Positions 36,857 to 43,230 of a DNA stretch of 43,230 bases are shown piece after piece. Each line of letters starts with the position of its first letter. The first letter of the stretch is position 1. The stretch is taken from assembly GCA_947626295.1 (NCBI GenBank), contig CANQRS010000002.1, positions 1-43,230 on the forward strand, read 5' to 3'. Origin of the DNA: an uncultured Clostridia bacterium (GTDB lineage Bacteria > Bacillota > Clostridia > TANB77 > CAG-508). A program made the translations under genes and the position numbers. The notes beneath the pieces were generated by a model. The model had not been told where the DNA came from, did not search any database, and worked only from the letters and a program-made list of their open reading frames with translations.

Positions 36857-36895
36857 AATATAGTAATAAAAATCACAAAAAATGGAGGAATTATC

Positions 36896-38125
36896 TTGGC
36901 AGTAGGTGATGTCATAGCAGGTATAGATATAGGAACATCCAAAGTTTGTACAATACTTGGGGAAGTAAACAACTTTGGACAAATTGAAATCTTAAGCACA
37001 ACATCAAGCAGATGCAATGGAATAAGAAAAGGCAAAATAGTAAACGAAGAAGAAATTAGTTCAAGCATCTTAAAGACAGTAGAAGAAGCCGAAGGTGAAA
37101 TAGGATTTAGAATTAGTTCAGCATATATAACTATACCCGGAAGATATATAACAATAGTTCAAAATAGTGTTTTAAAAGAAGTAAAAGATAGATATGCAGG
37201 GATAACGCAAAAAGACTTACAAAGTGCTATACAACTGGTAAAAGATATAGAAGTACCAGAAAATCGTACAATAGCAGATATAGTAGTAGACGAAGTAATA
37301 CTAGAAGACGGAAAAACAACAACAGACCCTGTAGGAAATTTAAGTTCAAGTTTTACAGTAAATGCACAAGTAATATTAGCAGAAAAAGACTATGTAAAAA
37401 AAATAACAGGAATATTCAAAAAAGCAGGAATAGAAATTGATGGAATAGTACCAGTAACACTAGCAGAAAGAAATTTAGTGTTAGACAAAAACGAATTACA
37501 CGACAATATAATGTTGCTAGATGTTGGTGCAGGAAACACAGATATAGGAGTATTTGAGGGAAATAATTTTATATATACAGATACAATTCCACTAGGTGGA
37601 GATAACATAACAAATGATATAGCATTAGTTTTATCAATATCAGAGGAAGAAGCGGACAAATTAAAAAGGCAATATGGTTTTGCATTAAAATCATTTATAG
37701 ACAACGATAACGAAATAATGTTAAATACGTGCAAAGACGAAAACAGAAAAAAAGTAATAAAAAGTTCAGAGCTAATAGAAATAATGGAAGCAAGAATAGA
37801 AGAAATATTCACATTAGTAAATAAAAACGTAACAAATCAAGGAATAAAATCAAGAATAAATAATGTAGTATTAACAGGACAAGGAATAACAAATATAAGT
37901 AAAAGTGATGTAGCCGGAAAAATAGCATTAAACATACCGGTAAAAATATCAACAGGAAGAGCAATGAACACAGTAAGACCAGAATTTAGAACTTGTTATT
38001 CTTTAATAAGATACATAGCAACAAGACCATTTGCTAAAAGCGTATCAAGTAAAATAGATACAAACAAAAAAGAAAATGTTTTTAAAACGGCATTATCAAG
38101 AATAAAGGAATTTTTTTATAGTTAA
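36896..38125 (+). CDS. ftsA: Cell division protein FtsA (TTG start)
   Basis: 'IAGIDIGTSKVCTILGE', 'LDVGAGNTDIGVF', C-terminal amphipathic helix 'FKTALSRIKEFF'. GGAGG lies 7 nt before TTG. Confidence 0.9.
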   Translation: MAVGDVIAGIDIGTSKVCTILGEVNNFGQIEILSTTSSRCNGIRKGKIVNEEEISSSILKTVEEAEGEIGFRISSAYITIPGRYITIVQNSVLKEVKDRYAGITQKDLQSAIQLVKDIEVPENRTIADIVVDEVILEDGKTTTDPVGNLSSSFTVNAQVILAEKDYVKKITGIFKKAGIEIDGIVPVTLAERNLVLDKNELHDNIMLLDVGAGNTDIGVFEGNNFIYTDTIPLGGDNITNDIALVLSISEEEADKLKRQYGFALKSFIDNDNEIMLNTCKDENRKKVIKSSELIEIMEARIEEIFTLVNKNVTNQGIKSRINNVVLTGQGITNISKSDVAGKIALNIPVKISTGRAMNTVRPEFRTCYSLIRYIATRPFAKSVSSKIDTNKKENVFKTALSRIKEFFYS

Positions 38126-38190
38126 GATAAGTAATAAAATATATAAAGTTTAGTCTAAAGTGGCTTATAACGAAAGGGAGGAAATTAGTA

Positions 38191-39315
38191 ATGATGGATT
38201 TTGATGATGACAATATAATAATGAAAGATGGGACAGCTACAATAAAAGTAATTGGAGTAGGAGGAGCAGGAAATAATGCTGTAAACAGAATGTTAGAGCT
38301 AGGAATAAAAAATGTAGAGTTTATAGCAATAAATACAGATAGACAAGCATTACAAAAATCAAAAGCAAATACTAAAATACAAATAGGCGAAAAAATCACA
38401 AGAGGACTAGGAGCAGGAGCAAATCCAGATATTGGAGCCCAATCAGCAGAAGAAAGCAAAACAGAAATAACAGAAGTATTAAGAGGAGCTGATATGGTAT
38501 TTGTTACAGCTGGAATGGGTGGAGGAACAGGAACAGGAGCAGCCCCAACTGTAGCAGAATTAGCCAAAGAAATGGGAATATTAACAATAGGAGTAGTAAC
38601 AAAGCCATTTACATTTGAAGGAAAGAAACGTTTAGCACAAGCAGAAAGAGGAATAGAAAGCTTAAAAGGAAAAGTAGACACATTAATAGTAATACCAAAT
38701 GATAAATTATTACAAGTAATAGATAGAAAAACATCAATGACAGAAGCTTTTATGATGGCTGATGATATTTTAAGACAAGGTGTACAAGGAATATCAGACC
38801 TTATTACAGTTACTGGAACAGTAAACCTAGACTTCGCAGATGTAAAAACAATAATGCTAAATACAGGAATGGCTCATATGGGAATAGGTAGAGCATCTGG
38901 AGAAAATAAAGCCGAAGATGCTGCAAAACAAGCAATCCAAAGTCCATTATTAGAAACAACTATAGAAGGAGCAAGAGGAGTAATAATAAATATTACAGGA
39001 GGAGAAGATTTAGGATTACAAGAAGTAAATACTGCTGCAGAATTAGTTCAAAGAAGTGTTGACCCAGAAGCAAACATAATCTTCGGAACAGTAATAGATG
39101 AAAATATGAAGGACGAAATTCAAATAACAGTTATTGCCACAGGTTTTGACGAAGACAATGGAGGTTCAGTAAATGGAGTAAAAGGAGATAAAGCAGCTGC
39201 CAAAACTTGGGAAAAGAAAATTAGTTCAATACCATCTAGCCAAGATTTGAATAATTCGCAAAATGAATTAGATATACCATCATTCTTGAGAAAAAATAAA
39301 AATAAAAATTTATAA
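38191..39315 (+). CDS. ftsZ: Cell division protein FtsZ
   Basis: '[17 protein letters not shown]', '[10 protein letters not shown]', C-terminal peptide 'DIPSFLRK'. Confidence 0.97.
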   Translation: MMDFDDDNIIMKDGTATIKVIGVGGAGNNAVNRMLELGIKNVEFIAINTDRQALQKSKANTKIQIGEKITRGLGAGANPDIGAQSAEESKTEITEVLRGADMVFVTAGMGGGTGTGAAPTVAELAKEMGILTIGVVTKPFTFEGKKRLAQAERGIESLKGKVDTLIVIPNDKLLQVIDRKTSMTEAFMMADDILRQGVQGISDLITVTGTVNLDFADVKTIMLNTGMAHMGIGRASGENKAEDAAKQAIQSPLLETTIEGARGVIINITGGEDLGLQEVNTAAELVQRSVDPEANIIFGTVIDENMKDEIQITVIATGFDEDNGGSVNGVKGDKAAAKTWEKKISSIPSSQDLNNSQNELDIPSFLRKNKNKNL

Positions 39316-39332
39316 TTTGTTCGTTTACATAT

Positions 39333-39378
39333 AAAAAATATATATTAACTACAGCATAGTTAATATATATTTTTTTTA
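39333..39378 (+). terminator. Rho-independent terminator after ftsZ
   Basis: aaaaaatatatattaacta (39333-39351) pairs with tagttaatatatatttttt (39357-39375). Confidence 0.8.
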
Positions 39379-39395
39379 TTGTCAAAACGATTTTT

Positions 39396-39424
39396 GTATA
39401 AAAATTCTTTATTTGCAAATAATA
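39396..39424 (+). promoter_or_regulatory. Candidate forespore-type (sigma-F/G-like) promoter of spoVAD-spoVAE
   Basis: GTATA (39396-39400), 17 nt, AATAATA (39418-39424). Near-identical to the element upstream of spoVAC, with the same distance to the ATG. Confidence 0.45.
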
Positions 39425-39456
39425 CCTTTTAGAAAATTATGAAAGGATATGAACAA

Positions 39457-40464
39457 ATGCAAAAATTAGGAAAACAAACAATAAAATTTGATACACCACC
39501 AACTATTGTAGACTGTGCCTGCATTGTTGGACCTAAGGAGGCTGACGGACCACTAGCAAAATTTTTCGACCAATGCTTAGAAAACGAGATGTGGGGAGAA
39601 AAAACGTGGGAAAAAGCAGAAAGCAAGATAATGAAAGAAACGGTAAATATGGTAATCTCAAAATCAGGAGTTCCATCTGACAAAATAGAATATTGTTTTG
39701 CAGGGGATTTACTTAATCAATGTATATCTTCGAGTTTTGGGCTTAGAGAAATTAATATACCATTTTTCGGAATATTTGGCGCTTGCTCAACATTTGTAGA
39801 AGGAATGTCTTTAGCATCAGTATTTATTGAGGGAGGAATAAATTGTGCACTTTGTGCGGCATCAAGTCATTTTTGTAGTTCAGAAAAACAATTTAGATTC
39901 CCATTAGAATTAGGAAATCAAAGACCACCGACTTCTCAATGGACAGTTACAGGAGCGGGAGCATCAATACTCTCAAGAGATGGAAATGGTCCATATATTA
40001 CTTGTATTACATCAGGAAAAATTGTTGATATGGGAATAAAAGATGCGAACAATATGGGAGCTGCTATGGCACCAGCTGCATTTGATACTCTAATGACACA
40101 TTTTAAAGATACAGGGAGAAGTCCTAATTATTATGATGCTATTTTAACTGGAGATTTAGGTTATATAGGTCGCGATATATTAACAGATTTATCTAAAAAT
40201 GCAGGATATAATATTAATTCTGTTTATAATGATTGTGGAGTTCTAATTTTTGATAAAGAAAAACAAGATACTCATTCAGGAGGAAGTGGCTGTGGTTGTT
40301 GTGCAAGTGTTTTTTCTGGATATTTGTTTAAACAATTAAAAGAACAGAAACTTAGACGTATTTTGCTTATTGCTACAGGTGCACTTATGAATGCAACAAG
40401 TTCTCAACAAGGTGAATCTATACCAGGTATTGCTCACGCAATAAGTATTGAAATAGAAAAGTGA
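39457..40464 (+). CDS. spoVAD: Stage V sporulation protein AD
   Basis: 'LGKQTIKFDTPPTIVDCACIVGPKEADGPL', thiolase-like fold motifs. ATG 39457 is preferred: RBS AAAGGA, and the spacing matches the spoVAC leader. Confidence 0.85.
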   Translation: MQKLGKQTIKFDTPPTIVDCACIVGPKEADGPLAKFFDQCLENEMWGEKTWEKAESKIMKETVNMVISKSGVPSDKIEYCFAGDLLNQCISSSFGLREINIPFFGIFGACSTFVEGMSLASVFIEGGINCALCAASSHFCSSEKQFRFPLELGNQRPPTSQWTVTGAGASILSRDGNGPYITCITSGKIVDMGIKDANNMGAAMAPAAFDTLMTHFKDTGRSPNYYDAILTGDLGYIGRDILTDLSKNAGYNINSVYNDCGVLIFDKEKQDTHSGGSGCGCCASVFSGYLFKQLKEQKLRRILLIATGALMNATSSQQGESIPGIAHAISIEIEK

Positions 40465-40479
40465 TTTTGGAGGTAGAAA

Positions 40480-40866
40480 ATGGAATTTTTTAATAGTATT
40501 GATTGGGTACAGATATTAAAATGTTTTGTTGTTGGAGGGTTGATTTGTGTTGTAGGTCAAATTTTAATAGACAAAACTAAACTTACTCCTGCAAGAATCT
40601 TAGTTACTTTTCTTACATTAGGAGTTATTCTAGGTGGACTTGGAGTTTATCAATATTTGGTGGACTTTGCAGGTGCTGGTGCAACAGTTCCAATTACAGG
40701 ATTTGGATATAATCTTGCTAAAGGAACTATAGAGGCAGTAAAAAGTAATGGATTGTTGGGAGTATTTACAGGAGGATTAAAAGCAAGTAGTGGAGGAATT
40801 GCAGCAGCAGTATTTTTTGGATATATAGCTTCTTTAATTTCAAAGCCAAAAATGAAGAAACAATAA
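40480..40866 (+). CDS. spoVAE: Stage V sporulation protein AE (SpoVAEb-type)
   Basis: 'VVGGLICVVGQILIDKTKLTPARILV...AGAGATVPITGFGYNLAKG' is the SpoVAC/SpoVAEb family. Confidence 0.8.
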   Translation: MEFFNSIDWVQILKCFVVGGLICVVGQILIDKTKLTPARILVTFLTLGVILGGLGVYQYLVDFAGAGATVPITGFGYNLAKGTIEAVKSNGLLGVFTGGLKASSGGIAAAVFFGYIASLISKPKMKKQ

Positions 40867-40921
40867 AAAAGCATAAACTAGAGGATTTTAAAATTATAAA
40901 TCCTCTAGTTTTATGCTTTTT
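40864..40921. terminator. Long bidirectional terminator shared by spoVAE and spoVAC
   Basis: aaaaagcataaactagagga (40865-40884) pairs with tcctctagttttatgcttttt (40900-40920). Confidence 0.85.
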
Positions 40922-40944
40922 TGGGGAAATGTTTTCATTATTAT

Positions 40945-41409
40945 TTAAACTAAAGTTGCGGGTACATTAAAAAGTAAGTAAATTAGCCCTACTACAATAG
41001 CGGTACAAATACCATACACTAGAACTGGTCCTGCAACAGTAAACATTTTTGCACCAACTCCCATTACATAACCTTCTGATTTATATTCTATAGAAGGAGC
41101 AACAATGGAGTTCGCAAATCCAGTTATAGGAATTAAAGAGCCTGCACCAGCTATTTTTCCTATTTTATTAAATATATTAAGACCTGTTAAAATAGCACTA
41201 ATTGCAATTAAAATTATGGATACAATAGTACCAGAAAGCTCTTTGTCAATTCCTTGATATAAACAAAAATCTTGAATAACTTGTCCTATGGAACATATTA
41301 GCCCTCCTATCCAAAAAGCATTAAAACAGTTTTTTAGAATAGGGGAATTTGGAGATTTTTGCTTTACATACTCATCATAATCTTTTTGCGTATTTAATGG
41401 ACTTTCCAT
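40945..41409 (-). CDS. spoVAC: Stage V sporulation protein AC
   Basis: 'KDYDEYVKQKSPNSPILKNCFNAFWIGGLICSIGQ...GAGSLIPITGFANS'. ATG 41409 (RBS AAAGGA) is preferred to the track start at 41505. Confidence 0.85.
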   Translation of the reverse strand: MESPLNTQKDYDEYVKQKSPNSPILKNCFNAFWIGGLICSIGQVIQDFCLYQGIDKELSGTIVSIILIAISAILTGLNIFNKIGKIAGAGSLIPITGFANSIVAPSIEYKSEGYVMGVGAKMFTVAGPVLVYGICTAIVVGLIYLLFNVPATLV

Positions 41410-41441
41410 ACATAAATTCCTTTCATTAATAAAGTTTATAA

Positions 41442-41470
41442 TAGTATTTGCAAATATATATAATTTATAC
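41442..41470 (-). promoter_or_regulatory. Candidate forespore-type promoter of spoVAC
   Basis: The minus strand reads GTATA (41470-41466), 17 nt, AATACTA (41448-41442). It is embedded in TTTGTATAAA...ATTTGCAAATAcTA, matching the spoVAD upstream region. Confidence 0.45.
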
Positions 41471-41730
41471 AAATTTGATATAAAAAATGAAATAATTTTA
41501 TACAAATATTGTATTTAAAACGAAAGGTAAAAAAGAGATGAATTTGAGAGGATTTTGAAAGTAAAACAAAAAATTTAAAATGACGAAAATAGCGAAAAAT
41601 AGACAAAAACTCTTAAATGTTACAAACATATTACAGTTATATTACATTTTTGTAAAAACTATTGCTTTTTTGACGAAAAAAATATAAAATAAAAATTGAA
41701 AAAAGAAAAAAAAGACTAAGGAGAAGAAAA

Positions 41731-43230
41731 ATGCAAAAATGTTTAGGAATATATATTGAAAACAATATTATTAAGTATGCAAAGGTTTCAAGAGAACACG
41801 ACGACGTAAGGATAGAAGCGTATGGTATAAAATTTTTTGATACGCTAAATGGAGAAATTAAGCAAGTTATAGACGAAACATACAGCTATGGAACTCCAAT
41901 AAGTGTTAATTTAGCAAATGAAAAATACCTATACTTCGATATTTTTGCGCTTTTAAGTAAAAAAGATATAGAGCAAACCGTAGAAACGGAGTTTGAAACA
42001 TTTTGTGAGGAACAAAAATACAATAAAAATGCATTTGAGTCGAGATACGCGTTAATGCCAGATGTACTGGAAGATGAAAAAATAAGAGCTATGGACGTCT
42101 ATGTTAATAAAATAGAATTAAATAGACAACTAGAGCAATTAGAAGGAAATAGAGTTGCAAAAATAGTTCCAATATCAGTTGCAATAGGAAGTATAGCAAA
42201 AATCAACAAAAACGAGAATCAAATTATAGTTAATATGGAGGAGCATACAACCATAACAACTATAATAAATCAAAATATTTATGAAGTAGAAACATTAGGA
42301 GTTGGAAGTCGCGAAATTTTAGATAATATCAATAGAATAGAAAATTCATATTCAAAATCTTATGAAATCTGTAAAAACACCACAATTTATACAGCAGAAG
42401 TAGAGAATGTAGAAGATACAGATGAAACCTATTTACAATATATAATACCAATTATATTTGAAATAGCACAAAAGGTACAAAAGATAGTAGAAACAGATTG
42501 GAAGAAAATAAAAAAAGTTTACCTAACAGGTAACTTAGCAAATATAAATAATATCGATTTGTATTTCCAAGAATTTTTACAAGATGCAGAATGTGAAATT
42601 TTAAGACCAAGATTTTTCAAAGAAACGTCACAAATAAACGCAAAAGAGTACATAGAAGTAAACTCAGCTATAGCCTTAGCAGTAAATGGACTAGGAATTG
42701 GTATACAAGAATTTAACTTCCAAAGAGCAAATACGAATGAAAAAATAAAGAAAATGCTTAAAAAAGATGTAAGCTTCGGAAAAGAAAAAAATGGAACTAT
42801 AAATTTAGATTTATCGGGAAGATTAGAAGGTAGTGAAATCTCGTTAGTCAGAGGAATTGTAGCGATACTTTTAGTACTAGTAGTATTTGTAGCTTTTTCA
42901 ATGATTTTACAAAATGGTATAAATAAAAAGAATGCAGAAATTGATGCGCGTTATGCTGAACAGCAAGTACAAATAAGTAATGTTGAAGACGATACGAAAA
43001 AACTGGATAACAAAACAGAAAAATATGAATCTTTAACAGCTAGATTAGATGAAATAGAAGCAAAAAATAAAGAAGTATCAACTTATAGACAATTAATACC
43101 AAATTTGTTGAGTGAAATTATGTTTTCAATACCTGAAAAGGTAGAAATAGACGAAATAAAAAATACTTCAGGAAAGAAAATAGAAATTACAGCTAGTGCT
43201 ACAGATTACGACCAATTAGGATATTTTATT
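41731..43230 (+). CDS. PilM-like actin-fold protein fused to a PilN-like TM/coiled-coil segment (type IV pilus assembly); the 3' end lies outside the window
   Basis: Not in the ORF track because no stop is reached. ATG 41731 follows AAGGAG, and 500 codons are open to nt 43230. 'IVNMEEHTTITTIINQNIYEVETLGVGSREI', 'VYLTGNLANINNI', then TM 'IVAILLVLVVFVAFSMIL', a coiled coil, and 'IPEKVEIDEIKNTSGKKIEITASATDYDQLGYFI' (PilN-like). Confidence 0.55.
   Translation, partial: MQKCLGIYIENNIIKYAKVSREHDDVRIEAYGIKFFDTLNGEIKQVIDETYSYGTPISVNLANEKYLYFDIFALLSKKDIEQTVETEFETFCEEQKYNKNAFESRYALMPDVLEDEKIRAMDVYVNKIELNRQLEQLEGNRVAKIVPISVAIGSIAKINKNENQIIVNMEEHTTITTIINQNIYEVETLGVGSREILDNINRIENSYSKSYEICKNTTIYTAEVENVEDTDETYLQYIIPIIFEIAQKVQKIVETDWKKIKKVYLTGNLANINNIDLYFQEFLQDAECEILRPRFFKETSQINAKEYIEVNSAIALAVNGLGIGIQEFNFQRANTNEKIKKMLKKDVSFGKEKNGTINLDLSGRLEGSEISLVRGIVAILLVLVVFVAFSMILQNGINKKNAEIDARYAEQQVQISNVEDDTKKLDNKTEKYESLTARLDEIEAKNKEVSTYRQLIPNLLSEIMFSIPEKVEIDEIKNTSGKKIEITASATDYDQLGYFI

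Overview
Very AT-rich chromosomal segment that looks like Firmicutes/Clostridia. The organism is an endospore former, judged from spoVAC/D/E, a SpoVB/MurJ-like flippase, a DUF421/DUF4363 pair and CIRCE-groESL. About 45 genes are present, mostly on the + strand, and most are core housekeeping. In order: xth-metK; lspA-like, rluD, rluB, CDF transporter, plsY, gpsA; an amidase; groES-groEL; rpsB-tsf; rho; femX-like plus flippase; divIB, DUF881, DUF881, sbp, ftsA, ftsZ; spoVAD-spoVAE and an inverted spoVAC; and a PilM-PilN fusion that runs off the 3' edge. Accessory content is limited. It comprises a 2202-aa surface protein with a thioester-type (TQXA-like) N-terminal domain and an internal 2 x 1302-nt tandem duplication. 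There are also two nuclease-gene remnants at the 5' edge, a small antitoxin plus frameshifted TacT-like GNAT toxin cassette, and a few orphan small membrane or cytosolic ORFs. I found no CRISPR array, tRNA, rRNA, intact mobile element or recognisable riboswitch. I do not see a convincing multi-gene novel defence or other system. The most unusual items are the giant putative thioester adhesin, an LspA-like protein missing one catalytic Asp, the TA cassette bracketed by a duplicated rho promoter, and the rearranged spoVA locus whose two halves carry near-identical promoter/leader sequences. The gene context after ftsZ (no spoIIGA-sigE-sigG) and after tsf (no pyrH-frr) is also atypical. All calls rest on reading the translated ORFs and the raw sequence; no database search was run.
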